Shown: positions 10,312 to 20,422, numbered from the stretch's first letter. The stretch is DNA of 64,000 nt from an uncultured Candidatus Saccharibacteria bacterium (GCA_964610125.1 CAZSUV010000001.1:120035-184034), one strand, 5' to 3'. Translations and numbers: made by a program. The notes: generated by a model from the sequence alone, not told the origin.

Positions 10312-10833
10312 ATGTACAAGGGTGTAAAGAAATCAAAATTAGGTAGAAAAACATCAAACAGAAAAGCATTGATGCAAAATCAGATAAGATCTTTGTTTGA
10401 AAGTGGTCATGTAGTAACTACATCTCCAAAGGCAAAGGTATTGAAAAGCAATGCACAATCTTTAATAGCATTGGGTAAAAAGCACAAAGGAATGCTCTCT
10501 TTGAGAAGAGAATTAGCAGTTACATTAAAAGAAGATGGATTAGTAAAGAAATTCATTGAATATGTTGAAAAAGAAGTTACAGGTGTTAGAAGTGTAAAAA
10601 TTGGATTTAGAGCTGGAGATAATGGTGAAAAGACAAGAGTCGAGTTAATCGGAATGGAAAAGAAGATAAGAAAAGTTGCAAAGAAAGCAACTGAAACAGA
10701 GAAGAAAGAAGAAACCAAAGTTGAGAAGGCAGCTCCAAAAGCTAAAGTCTCAAAGAATATTTTAGATAAAGGAATAGATAAGAGTGCTACAGTTAAGAAA
10801 ACTGGTAGAGCAACTTCTAGATCAGGACTTTAA
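10312..10833 (+). CDS. rplQ: 50S ribosomal protein L17 with Lys-rich tail
   Basis: KLGRKTSNRKAL, TTSPKAK, RAGDNG. Confidence 0.95.
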   Translation: MYKGVKKSKLGRKTSNRKALMQNQIRSLFESGHVVTTSPKAKVLKSNAQSLIALGKKHKGMLSLRRELAVTLKEDGLVKKFIEYVEKEVTGVRSVKIGFRAGDNGEKTRVELIGMEKKIRKVAKKATETEKKEETKVEKAAPKAKVSKNILDKGIDKSATVKKTGRATSRSGL

Positions 10834-10850
10834 TTAATTAGTGAAATAGA

Positions 10851-11285
10851 ATGAAATACAAGACAACTTGGACAAAAAAAGAAGATATCGAAAGAAAGTG
10901 GTATGTAGTTGATGTTAAAGATCAGATTCTTGGAAGAGCTACTACAAAAATTGCATCACTTTTGATTGGAAAAGATAAAGTTGAAGCAGTTCCAAATTTT
11001 GACTGTGGTGACTATGTTATCGTAATCAATACAGATGACATCAAGTTAACTAGAGAAAAAGAAACTAAAAAGATGTATTACAGACACTCTGGGTTTCCAG
11101 GTGGTTTGAAATCAACAAGATTTGATGAACAGTTGGCATTAGATTCAACAAAAATTATTAAAGATGCTGTAGTAACAATGCTTCCTCAAAACAAGCATAG
11201 AGCATTGAGAATGGCTAGATTGTTCATATATAAGGGTGCAGATCATAAGCAAAGTGGTCAAAAGCCTATTGAGATTAAATTTTAA
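10851..11285 (+). CDS. rplM: 50S ribosomal protein L13
   Basis: RKWYVVD, DCGDYVIVIN, YYRHSGFPGG. Confidence 0.98.
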   Translation: MKYKTTWTKKEDIERKWYVVDVKDQILGRATTKIASLLIGKDKVEAVPNFDCGDYVIVINTDDIKLTREKETKKMYYRHSGFPGGLKSTRFDEQLALDSTKIIKDAVVTMLPQNKHRALRMARLFIYKGADHKQSGQKPIEIKF

Positions 11286-11296
11286 TTATATTAATA

Positions 11297-11689
11297 GTGG
11301 AGAAATATTTTGAAGGAATCGGAAGAAGAAAAACATCTACTGCAAGAGTAAGAATATATAAGGGTGATAAAGCATCTACTATTAATGGTGTTCCAGCAGT
11401 CGACTTTTTGAAAGATTTTACTAAATCAGAACTTTACATCATCAGACCTTTAACAGTCTCAGGATTAGAAACTCAATATTACTTTACTGCTAAAGTAAGT
11501 GGTGGTGGTATAACTGGTCAGGTTGATGCGATCAGATTAGGTCTTTCTAGAGCAATCTGTGAAATGAATCCAGAAGCAAAACCAGCTTTAAGAAAAGAGA
11601 ATCTTGTTACTAGAGATCCTAGAGAAGTTGAAAGAAAGAAATATCATCACGTCAAAGCAAGAAAGAAACCTCAGTTCTCAAAGAGATAG
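11297..11689 (+). CDS. rpsI: 30S ribosomal protein S9 (GTG start)
   Basis: GRRKTSTARV, GGGITGQ, RDPREVERKK, QFSKR. Confidence 0.98.
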   Translation: MEKYFEGIGRRKTSTARVRIYKGDKASTINGVPAVDFLKDFTKSELYIIRPLTVSGLETQYYFTAKVSGGGITGQVDAIRLGLSRAICEMNPEAKPALRKENLVTRDPREVERKKYHHVKARKKPQFSKR

Positions 11690-11758
11690 TTTTTCTATTT
11701 GCCTTGGATTTTCAAATATCGTAGTATTTAACTGTATCTAAGTTAATACTTCGCATAT

Positions 11759-12643
11759 ATGGAAAAAACTTCAAAGAAATTTTGGATAATCACATTAACA
11801 GTACCGTTAACCGTAATTGGTATGTTCATTGGTTATCTAATTATCACCTACGCTAACAAATATGTGCAAACGAACTATGGTACAAAGACTGTTTCTGAGG
11901 TACCAAGTTATGACCCGACCTCAAATAATTATCATGGGGGAGTAGGAATGGATTCGATAGGAAGTTCGTATATTAGGAATACTTCTCAAGAAATTATAAA
12001 AACAGCTTCAATGAATATGGCTGCAGATGATATGGACAAGACTTTGGCATCAGTCGAAGCTTTGGAAACAGAATATAATGCTTCAACGACTAATCTCCAA
12101 GACTCAGGAAAAGGTGTAGACAGATATCTTTACATGACAATTAAGGTTGAGGAATCTAAATTCCAAGAACTTTACAACAAACTAAAGGCACTCCCAGGAG
12201 AGTTCACTTACTCTTCAATAGGAGCAAGTGATGTAACCGAGAGTGTTACTGACTTAGAAAGCAGATTAGCAAATCTACAAAAGTTAGAAACTCAATACAA
12301 TGATATTCTAAAAACCGCAAAGACAGTTGATGAAATTCTCTCAGTACAGAAAGAACTTTCAACCACAAGAACTGAAATTGAATCTATACAAACTCAATTA
12401 AAGAATATTGATAACCAAACAAGCTATTCATATATCACTTTAACAGTCTCTCAAAGTTCTACAGGTACACAGCTTTCAGACAATGAATGGAGACCATTAG
12501 GAATATTGAAAGAAGCAGGTAGAGCATTAGTAGGTTTCGCTAAATTCTTAGGAACAGGCTTAATCTATGTATTGGTATTTTCACCAGTAATCGCTGCAGT
12601 GGTTGTTCCTGTTGTATTAATACTTAAAAAGACAAAAAAATAG
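11759..12643 (+). CDS. DUF4349-like membrane-anchored coiled-coil protein
   Basis: N-terminal TM, IIKTASM, DVT..DLESRL coiled coil, YSYITL, C-terminal TM. Confidence 0.75.
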   Translation: MEKTSKKFWIITLTVPLTVIGMFIGYLIITYANKYVQTNYGTKTVSEVPSYDPTSNNYHGGVGMDSIGSSYIRNTSQEIIKTASMNMAADDMDKTLASVEALETEYNASTTNLQDSGKGVDRYLYMTIKVEESKFQELYNKLKALPGEFTYSSIGASDVTESVTDLESRLANLQKLETQYNDILKTAKTVDEILSVQKELSTTRTEIESIQTQLKNIDNQTSYSYITLTVSQSSTGTQLSDNEWRPLGILKEAGRALVGFAKFLGTGLIYVLVFSPVIAAVVVPVVLILKKTKK

Positions 12644-12654
12644 TATAATACAGG

Positions 12655-12957
12655 GCGCAAGTATTCCTAGATGATTGCTCTTGCTATTTTGGTGAGAGAG
12701 GAAAGTCCGGACTCTATGTCGGTCTCGAATATCTCGAGATAGGTGCCAGCGTGAGCTGGAAGGGAGTGATCTTTTGGTTAAAAGGGCAACAGAAAGTTAT
12801 ACCGCCTCGAAAGAGGTAAGGGTGAAATGGTGGTGTAAGAGACCACCGGGTATTGTAGTAATACAATATTGCGAGGCAACCCCCACCTAGAGCAAGGTTA
12901 AAACCGCTTAGATAGATAATCATCATAAACAGAATTCGGCTTATTGGGTGCTTGCGC
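12655..12957 (+). ncRNA. rnpB: RNase P RNA (compact, ~303 nt)
   Basis: GAGGAAAGTCCGG and ACAGAATTCGGCTTA P4 halves; P1 GCGCAAGTATTC/GGGTGCTTGCGC; CAACAGAAA, AGGGTGAAA; TATAAT at 12644-12649. Confidence 0.96.
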
Positions 12958-13010
12958 ACTTTTTATGAGTGAACTGCTGGTCTACTAACTAATTATGGTA
13001 TATTAGATTT

Positions 13011-13787
13011 ATGCTTGACGTACAGGAAATTCTAACGGAAAAACACGAGCCATTAAAAGTTGATAATAATCAAACGACGACAGATGGTCTTCCTGTTAGT
13101 TATGATGAAAAGTCTTATATCCAAGTTGCAGAAAGTGAGTATAAGGATGATCCTCTTATCCAAGCTTTATTATCGAATCAAGAGATTGGTGAAGAAGCAA
13201 AGATATCTCCTTGGCTTCTTGGAGAATTTCAAGGTCTTTTAGAACTTTCCAAAGCTATGAACAAAGAGATGGGCCTTAACTTCATTAAGGATACGGAAGA
13301 TAGATTGTATTTTGATCAGGCCGTTCGAGTTGGAGATCAGTATTCCATAGGAGGTGGTAATCTTTCTGCTAATTTTGACTTCCCTCCTGGATATAAACAA
13401 ATAATCTCAATTCATACTCACATTCTAGATACCATTAAGGGTACTGCTGGATTTTCTAAATTGGGTGATGAAGGTGATTGGCACACTATAATCTCTCGAA
13501 GTGACGAAAAAATCGCATCGATAGTTTTATGTAGAAATGGAAAAGGATATATTGCTATTCCAAAACAGTCGTTAGAAGAAACGGCAAAGCAATATGCTAT
13601 TGCAAACTCATATATAACACCAGATCCTAGAGGTTTTTTACTAAATAATGAATATATGCAATATGAAATTAGTGAAGGAATGGATGACAATGAAAGAGTA
13701 GAAGAAAACGTTAAGATATCTAAAACTTTTAATATAAGATTGCTGGAAGTTGATCTCAAAACAGGACAGGTAAAAAAATTAGCATAA
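13011..13787 (+). CDS. hypothetical protein, possible JAB/MPN-like metal site
   Basis: 258-aa ORF with KEMG ... SIHTH ... FS...D spacing. Confidence 0.7.
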   Translation: MLDVQEILTEKHEPLKVDNNQTTTDGLPVSYDEKSYIQVAESEYKDDPLIQALLSNQEIGEEAKISPWLLGEFQGLLELSKAMNKEMGLNFIKDTEDRLYFDQAVRVGDQYSIGGGNLSANFDFPPGYKQIISIHTHILDTIKGTAGFSKLGDEGDWHTIISRSDEKIASIVLCRNGKGYIAIPKQSLEETAKQYAIANSYITPDPRGFLLNNEYMQYEISEGMDDNERVEENVKISKTFNIRLLEVDLKTGQVKKLA

Positions 13788-13797
13788 GCTAAGATAT

Positions 13798-14778
13798 TTA
13801 TGTTGTAATATCTCTTCCAATTCCATTCAAAAATTCTCTTTCATTTGTCTTGTTTCTTCCCTCAATCTGGAATTCAAAAACCCTTAGGGATATGAGTGGA
13901 TCTCTAGTAGCAAATAGCACTTTCCCATCGTTTGTGAATATCTCTCCAGGGTCCTTTTCAGATGGAACTTCAACTAATTCAGCTCTAAAAATCTTCATAA
14001 TCTTTCCCGATATATTCTTGTTTAAGTTTGTAGAAAGCTTAGTCCAAGCAATAGGCCATGGGATGAAAGCACGTACCATACGCTCAATCTCTTGAGGCGT
14101 TTTGTTTCGCCAATCAATTTCAGCATTTTCCTTTGAAATATCCTTTTGCCAACAATATGTAGCCTCTTCGTCAATCTGCTTTCTTGCTGATATTCCATCA
14201 TTAATCCATTGCTCTAAAACATCACCTAAAATCTCAGCACTCTTCTTAACTAACCTCTGTCTTAAGGAAAGATTAGTATCATTCTCCCTAATCTCCTCTT
14301 CAAATATATCTAATATATCCCCCTCATCTAATCCTTCGGACATTAGCATGATTGAAATCCCTGTCATGTTCTGACCATCCAATATAGCCTTCTGGATAGG
14401 GACTGCGCCTCGGTACTTAGGAAGAATGGAAAAATGAACATTAATGCATTTGTATTTAGGATATTCTAAAAATTCTTTAGGAATGATTTCACCAAATGCC
14501 TTACATACAACTAATTCGGGTTTGAATTTGTCCAATGCCTTTTGATATAGCTCGGGTTTCTTGTCTGTGTGGAATACTGGAATGCCATTCTCTAATGCAT
14601 ATTCTTTAACTTCTGATGGAGTAGATACTTGTTTTCTTCCGACCAGCTTATCAGGTGTAGTTATAACTCCAACCATATCAAATCTTTCATCTTCATTTAG
14701 TGCTTTTAAAGTTGCAACAGATTCCCAGCCAGTACCAAGGAATAATGTCTTTACAGGTTCTTTCTTTAAATCTCTCAT
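13798..14778 (-). CDS. fmt: methionyl-tRNA formyltransferase
   Basis: VITTPDK..GR, INVHFSILPKYRGAVPIQ, LDEGDI, RAFIPWP. Confidence 0.96.
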   Translation of the reverse strand: MRDLKKEPVKTLFLGTGWESVATLKALNEDERFDMVGVITTPDKLVGRKQVSTPSEVKEYALENGIPVFHTDKKPELYQKALDKFKPELVVCKAFGEIIPKEFLEYPKYKCINVHFSILPKYRGAVPIQKAILDGQNMTGISIMLMSEGLDEGDILDIFEEEIRENDTNLSLRQRLVKKSAEILGDVLEQWINDGISARKQIDEEATYCWQKDISKENAEIDWRNKTPQEIERMVRAFIPWPIAWTKLSTNLNKNISGKIMKIFRAELVEVPSEKDPGEIFTNDGKVLFATRDPLISLRVFEFQIEGRNKTNEREFLNGIGRDITT

Positions 14779-14824
14779 ATAGGTAATTTTAACTTAATCT
14801 TTAAAAAATTGATATAATACGGCG

Positions 14825-15850
14825 ATGAAAATGTCAGAATTCATATACAATTTACCGGATGAGAAGATAGCTAAATACCCACCAGAAGTCAGAGGTACTA
14901 CAAACCTACTTGTTTTAGACCGAAAGAATGAAAGTTTAGATCACAAGAAATATTTCAATATCCCTGAATATATCCAAGAAGGAGATGTCGTGGTATTGAA
15001 CGAAACTAAGGTTGAAAAGCGAAGAACATTCTTCTTAACAGCAAACGAGAGAAGGTTGGAAGTACTTTTCTTAAATAGGATCGGGGACGGAAGATGGTAT
15101 TGCCTCATAAAAGGATCAAGATATGTAAAGCCGGGGGATATCTTAAAAGGCGAGGAAGATGAAAATATTAAGATAAAGATAAGTGAAAGAAGCAATATGG
15201 GATTCCTTGTAGAACCTGTTGCTGAAGAAGGAGAAAAAATTTTTGACAAGATTGGCCATACTCCAATTCCACCATATATGAAAAGACCTGATACAAAGGA
15301 AGACTATGTAAGATACAATACCGTATTTGCACGCCTCCTAGGCTCCGTAGCGGCCCCTACAGCAAGTTTAAACCTCACAGATGAAATACTAGCCCAGATA
15401 CAACAAAAAGGCGCTAAAATCGTTAAGGTGGAGCTAAAAGTGGGTTGGGGTACATTTGCACCAATTAGAGAGGAAAATATTGAAGAACATGATATTCATA
15501 AAGAGGAAATTGCCATGTCAATGGAGTCTGCAGAGATAATTAATCAGGCAAAAAGAACGGGAAAGAAGGTTTGGGCATTTGGAACTACAGTAGCTAGAAC
15601 ATTGGAAACTGTAAGTAACGAAAAAGGATTGGTTGAAGAATATTCTGGAGAAACTCAGCTATACATATATCCAGGATATACATGGAAATGTGTAGATCAT
15701 ATGGTTACTAACTTTCATATGCCAGATTCAAGCCTCATATTGCTAGTTTCCTCATTTGCAGGGACGGAATTCATAAAGAGGGCATATCAAGAAGCATTAG
15801 ACAAAGATTACAAATTTTTAAGCTATGGTGATAGCATGTTAATAATCTAA
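14825..15850 (+). CDS. queA: SAM:tRNA ribosyltransferase-isomerase
   Basis: PIPPYMKR, GSVAAPTA, GTTVARTLE, TNFH.P.S, FLSYGDSM. Confidence 0.97.
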   Translation: MKMSEFIYNLPDEKIAKYPPEVRGTTNLLVLDRKNESLDHKKYFNIPEYIQEGDVVVLNETKVEKRRTFFLTANERRLEVLFLNRIGDGRWYCLIKGSRYVKPGDILKGEEDENIKIKISERSNMGFLVEPVAEEGEKIFDKIGHTPIPPYMKRPDTKEDYVRYNTVFARLLGSVAAPTASLNLTDEILAQIQQKGAKIVKVELKVGWGTFAPIREENIEEHDIHKEEIAMSMESAEIINQAKRTGKKVWAFGTTVARTLETVSNEKGLVEEYSGETQLYIYPGYTWKCVDHMVTNFHMPDSSLILLVSSFAGTEFIKRAYQEALDKDYKFLSYGDSMLII

Positions 15851-15852
15851 CT

Positions 15853-16881
15853 ATGAATATACAAGATTTTGGTAAAAAGTTTGTCTTCATGCCTGATGCC
15901 ACGAGAGGTGCGGTTAGATTTCTTACAACTGAGCAACTTAAAGCTACGAAAACGGAGGCGATTGTTACCAACACGTTACATTTGTTAATGAATCCTGGTC
16001 CTGAAAGAATGAAGGAACTAGGAGGTATTAAGAAGCTAATGAATTGGGATGGCGTTGTTCTAACAGATTCGGGAGGATTTCAGGTATTTTCATTGATACA
16101 TTCAGGGAAGTGGAAGGGTAAGGTACATGAAGATGGTGCTACTTTTTACTCACCTTGGACAGGAGATAGGTATGATTTAACTCCTGAGAGTTCAATTGAT
16201 ATCCAAATGAAGATAGACTCAGATATTTTGGTTACGTTAGATGATTGTAGAGGTACAGACTTGAGTAGAGAAGAAGCAGAACAATCTGTAGAGAGGACAA
16301 TTAAATGGGCGAAGCGATGTAAAGACCACTTTGAAAATGTATATGGTGGTACTAAAGAGACGGGAAAGCTTTTAAGTTGTGTAGTACAAGGTGCTAATTT
16401 CTCAGATTTAAGAAAGAAGTGTGCAGAAGAATTAACTAAGATAGGGTTTGATGGATATAACTTTGGAGGGTTTGTGGTGGATAAAGAGGGAGAGTTGGTG
16501 ATTGATGAAATGAAAGCGGTTATAGATAATACGCCAAAGGATAAGTTTAAATATGCGATGGGAGTGGGTAAACCTGAAGATATTCGTAGAGCTGCAAAGA
16601 TTGGATATACAGTATTTGATACTGTACTCGTTACTAGGAATGCTAGACATGGTACTTTGTATTCTTCGGATATTGAAGATGAGGTTTTAAGGATTACTAA
16701 TCAGGATTATGCTACTGATGAGAGGCCTATTGATTCTAAATGTGATTGCTATACTTGTAAGAATCATAGTAGGGCATATGTACATCAAATGCTTAAGGTG
16801 GGCGAAGCTACAGGTATGACCTTAGCTACAATACACAATTTGAGATATTACCAAAGGTTGATAGAAGAATTAAATAAATAG
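15853..16881 (+). CDS. tgt: tRNA-guanine transglycosylase
   Basis: LTDSGGFQVFSL, LDDC, VQG, MGVGKP, CDCYTC..H Zn site. Confidence 0.97.
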   Translation: MNIQDFGKKFVFMPDATRGAVRFLTTEQLKATKTEAIVTNTLHLLMNPGPERMKELGGIKKLMNWDGVVLTDSGGFQVFSLIHSGKWKGKVHEDGATFYSPWTGDRYDLTPESSIDIQMKIDSDILVTLDDCRGTDLSREEAEQSVERTIKWAKRCKDHFENVYGGTKETGKLLSCVVQGANFSDLRKKCAEELTKIGFDGYNFGGFVVDKEGELVIDEMKAVIDNTPKDKFKYAMGVGKPEDIRRAAKIGYTVFDTVLVTRNARHGTLYSSDIEDEVLRITNQDYATDERPIDSKCDCYTCKNHSRAYVHQMLKVGEATGMTLATIHNLRYYQRLIEELNK

Positions 16882-16884
16882 ATA

Positions 16885-17409
16885 CTAGGAATTATTTCTT
16901 AAGAAATCTTCCCTTATTTTCTCAAATAACTCTTTTCTTCCATCTCTTCCAAGGCTTAATGCCCAATTCCAAGCGGATTCATAATCATAGACACCTTTTC
17001 GAGCTTTTTCTACAAGGATTTGTTCATCTGCAAACTTTTTACCATATAGGTCTGTCCAGACGTCAAAAATAATTAAATCATTAATTTGTTCTGCGTCATA
17101 TTCATTTTGGCATTCCTCGAAACCAAAAAATAAACGGTGTCCAAGCTCATGAATTAGAGTAGCTTTCTTAGTGTTGTGAGGATAACTTGCTCTTAGATGC
17201 ATTGCATCGCCAAGAACTCCAGAACGACTTATACCAACATAGACAATTGCTTTGATATCTTCTTCATGAAATTTACAATCAGAAAGTTCTTCAAATTTCG
17301 CAACAATTTTTTCTCCATCATCTTTCCAGATTTGTGTATATTCGTTGGCTGCTGTTATGAAAGGTTCTTCATTTGGCTCGGGTTCAAACTGCATGTTCAA
17401 ATTCATCAT
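16885..17409 (-). CDS. small HExxH zinc metalloprotease-like protein
   Basis: TLIHELGHRL motif; TG-TATAAT 6 nt before ATG. Confidence 0.7.
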   Translation of the reverse strand: MMNLNMQFEPEPNEEPFITAANEYTQIWKDDGEKIVAKFEELSDCKFHEEDIKAIVYVGISRSGVLGDAMHLRASYPHNTKKATLIHELGHRLFFGFEECQNEYDAEQINDLIIFDVWTDLYGKKFADEQILVEKARKGVYDYESAWNWALSLGRDGRKELFEKIREDFLRNNS

Positions 17410-17647
17410 GGCTGAATTATATCATAGGAATTATTGTAGTTTGAGGAATTCCCCTAAAAATGATATGATTAAAAGTCCTATGATTAAACACTTTTATACT
17501 ATTGAATGTATTTGTAATGATTATTAATTTTATGAAATCGATTTTTAATAAAATTAAAGAGAATAATTCATTAAAACGCAGCTATACGGCTGTGTCTTTT
17601 CACAAAAGCGTTTAAGGGGACATATTAAATTTTAATTAGAGAGCATA

Positions 17648-19168
17648 ATGGAAGCATTAGCTATAATTGTTGCCATATTGGCAAGTGCTGGAGGCTCTGT
17701 CGCTGTACTTAAATATGTATTTAAGTGGGTAAATGTAAATAAAATCCCAGAGGCAGAGATAGAAGCAGCCGCAAAGAAAATGATGGGTAAGAAGTTCGAA
17801 GAGGCTGAAGAAGAACTTGCAGAACTAAGAGAGAGAGAAGAGAAGCGACTTAAGGATATGCGAAGAGAAAATACCGAGCATGAAGAAATACTCATCGAAA
17901 GAGAGAAGACCTTAAACAAACGATCTAAAATTTTAGATGACAAGAGCGGAGAATTAGAATCAAAAGAAGGAGAACTAAAAGAAGCTTTGAAGCGAATTGA
18001 AGATACAAGAACTCAACTTAAAACTCAATTAGAAAAGATTTCTGGACTTTCTAGAGAGGAAGCTACAGAGAAATTTAAGAAGGAGATAGAAGAGGATCTT
18101 AAGGGTTTTGAAGCTCAGAAGATCAGACAAGCTGAAAAGAATATTGAAGCTGTAGCTGATGAGAAAGCAAAGCATATTCTTGTTGATTCTATGCAGAGAG
18201 TTGCAACTGACTATGTTGGTGAGACTACAACAAAGAGTATTAAGGTTGAAGATGAAAAGGTTAAGGGAAGAATCATTGGAAAAGAAGGAAGAAATATTAG
18301 AGCATTTGAACAAATCACAGGTGTGGATGTCATCGTTGATGAATCTCCTACATCTATTGGTCTTTCTTCATTTGATCCATTGAGAAGGGAGATAGCTTTT
18401 GTAGCTATGACCAAACTCATTGGAGATGGAAGAATCCACCCAGGAGCTATTGAAGAGTGCGTAAGAAAAGCTAAGAATGAGATTTCATTAGAAATTAAAA
18501 AGAATGGAGAAATTCTTGCTGAAGAAGCAGGATGGCCAGATATTGATATTGGGCTTTTGAAATTAATTGGAAAAATGAAATATCGAACCAGTTATGGTCA
18601 ATCATTGATGTCTCATACAATCGAAGTTGTAAGGCTTGCAGAGGTGTTGGCCGCTGAAGTTGGTGCAGATGTTACCTTAGTAAAGCGAGCTGCATTACTT
18701 CATGATGTCGGAAAGGTGTTGACTCACAAGGTTGATCTTCCTCACCACCATATTTCAGGTCAGGTTGCTAGAAAATATCTTTTGAGCGATAAGCTTGTGA
18801 ATGCAATTGAATCACATCACTTGGATATTGAGCCTACATCTGTCGAAGCTGTACTTGTATATATTGCTGACGCAATTTCTGGATCAAGACCAGGTGCAAG
18901 AAAAGATAGCTACGAACAGTACATACAGAGAATTGAAGGTATCGAAAATGCTGCAAAAGATGTTGCAGGAGACAAGATTGACGATGTATTTGCAATCAGA
19001 GCTGGAAGAGAATTGAGAGTAATTGTTAAGCCAATCATGGTTTCAGATGATGAAGCTAAGGTTATGGCAAAGCAAATAGCTCAAGCAATTGAGAAAACTC
19101 AAAGCTATCCAGGCAATGTTGAAGTCACAGTTATTAGAGAAACAAGGGCAATTGAGGTAGCAAGATAA
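17648..19168 (+). CDS. rny: ribonuclease Y
   Basis: N-terminal TM, coiled coil, KH GRIIGKEGRNIRAFE, HD LLHDVGK, ADAISGSRPGAR. Confidence 0.98.
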   Translation: MEALAIIVAILASAGGSVAVLKYVFKWVNVNKIPEAEIEAAAKKMMGKKFEEAEEELAELREREEKRLKDMRRENTEHEEILIEREKTLNKRSKILDDKSGELESKEGELKEALKRIEDTRTQLKTQLEKISGLSREEATEKFKKEIEEDLKGFEAQKIRQAEKNIEAVADEKAKHILVDSMQRVATDYVGETTTKSIKVEDEKVKGRIIGKEGRNIRAFEQITGVDVIVDESPTSIGLSSFDPLRREIAFVAMTKLIGDGRIHPGAIEECVRKAKNEISLEIKKNGEILAEEAGWPDIDIGLLKLIGKMKYRTSYGQSLMSHTIEVVRLAEVLAAEVGADVTLVKRAALLHDVGKVLTHKVDLPHHHISGQVARKYLLSDKLVNAIESHHLDIEPTSVEAVLVYIADAISGSRPGARKDSYEQYIQRIEGIENAAKDVAGDKIDDVFAIRAGRELRVIVKPIMVSDDEAKVMAKQIAQAIEKTQSYPGNVEVTVIRETRAIEVAR

Positions 19169-19192
19169 GTATCTTCTAGTAGTAATTGCTAT

Positions 19193-19224
19193 AGGGGAAG
19201 CGTAATTATATGCTTCCCCTTTTT
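19193..19224 (+). terminator. intrinsic terminator of rny
   Basis: AGGGGAAGC/GCTTCCCCT stem followed by T run. Confidence 0.85.
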
Positions 19225-19544
19225 GTTCTCCGTATCAATGTTTAACTGAATTTTCTCTAGATAATGAAACATACTGCCATATGTGTGAAAATGCCTTCTT
19301 TAAGGCAAAAACAGCGAAATTTTGTATTTTCTAATAATTTAGGTATACCTTTTCTGTTTCAAATTTTGAATCATAAAGAAACCCTGTTATAACAAAGTTT
19401 TTGTACATCTTGCTCTCGGTCCTGTAGTAAAGTAGGCGCTTGACGATTAGCTTGATATAACCTATTTTTAAGTTGGATATGCACAGAGACCCTATTAATA
19501 TTTGGCATCTGGCATAGTATCTCTTAAGAAAGGAGGCCATCATT

Positions 19545-19814
19545 ATGTTGAAAAAAGATTTAGTTGATAAAATTGCATCAACAGGTTTAACAAAGAGACA
19601 AGCTGGTGATGCTTTAGACGCAGTTCTAGAAGCAATCTCAGGATCTCTAAAGAACGGTGAAGCTGTTCTTTTGACAGGATTCGGTAAATTTGAAGTAAGA
19701 ACAAGAGCAGCAAGAACAGGAATCAATCCTAAGACTCTTGCAAAGATCAAATTACCTGAAACTAAAGTTCCAGCATTCAAACCTGGAAAGGCTTTGAAAG
19801 CTGCAGTAAAGTAA
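19545..19814 (+). CDS. hup: HU DNA-binding protein
   Basis: GFGKFEVRTRAARTGINPKT, PAFKPGK; AAGGAGG SD at 19530-19536. Confidence 0.97.
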   Translation: MLKKDLVDKIASTGLTKRQAGDALDAVLEAISGSLKNGEAVLLTGFGKFEVRTRAARTGINPKTLAKIKLPETKVPAFKPGKALKAAVK

Positions 19815-19851
19815 GTACCGCCGGTATTTATTTGCAGATAAGGTAGATGAA

Positions 19852-19878
19852 GGGGACCCAATAAAATGGGTCCTTTTT
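19852..19878 (+). terminator. intrinsic terminator of hup
   Basis: GGACCCA/TGGGTCC stem followed by TTTTT. Confidence 0.85.
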
Positions 19879-19903
19879 CGTTATTGAAAAAGCATTGGGA
19901 AGT

Positions 19904-20422
19904 TTATTCAATTATTATAAATCCTAATACAGCATTCTTTTTATGATCTTTATCTTTAAAACAAAAAGCATCTTTTCCAATACCCTCATCATATTGAATT
20001 GGAATATCTTGTAATTGCTGTAAATCATAAACAGTAATTAAATCAATTCTTAATGCGTAGCCTCTATCTTGAATAGCTCCAACCGCAAAGTCTTCTACGC
20101 ATTCTTCTCCCATCTTTATCACTTCCCCCGATTTTATGGGTACAGCAAAAAGCTCTACGCCTCTTTGCTGATAGAAATCATGGGCAACAGACATTTTTCG
20201 ATTGGGATCATATCGGTCGGTTCCAGTTTCTGAAATTATTTTAATAAGCCGATCAATAGTAAGATTAGGATGATCTTTTAAAGAGAGTGCTCTAACAGCG
20301 ATATCCGTATTTGAAAAATTCTGAATTAGGATATTATCTATTGCCTCTCCAGCAGAGTGGAAGCAACTTGGATTATCAGTTTTATAATCCTGTAAATGAA
20401 GTGTAATTATTGGTTTCTTCAC
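19904..20422 (-). CDS. hypothetical protein (GTG start)
   Basis: 172-aa ORF filling the gap; TAAAAT 6 nt upstream. Confidence 0.7.
   Translation of the reverse strand: MKKPIITLHLQDYKTDNPSCFHSAGEAIDNILIQNFSNTDIAVRALSLKDHPNLTIDRLIKIISETGTDRYDPNRKMSVAHDFYQQRGVELFAVPIKSGEVIKMGEECVEDFAVGAIQDRGYALRIDLITVYDLQQLQDIPIQYDEGIGKDAFCFKDKDHKKNAVLGFIIIE

Noticed and set aside
247-10718. Many minus-strand ORFs over the ribosomal cluster
   Set aside because: Antisense shadows of conserved genes
12714-12959. 81-aa minus-strand ORF
   Set aside because: Antisense to the RNase P RNA
17410-17647. 6S RNA upstream of rny
   Set aside because: No long rod with a central bubble could be drawn; only short local stems
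19331-19861. 176-aa minus-strand ORF, including the fragment MYKNFVITGFLYDSK at 19408
   Set aside because: Mostly antisense to hup; the fragment stops after 25 codons and cannot be supported as a gene or pseudogene
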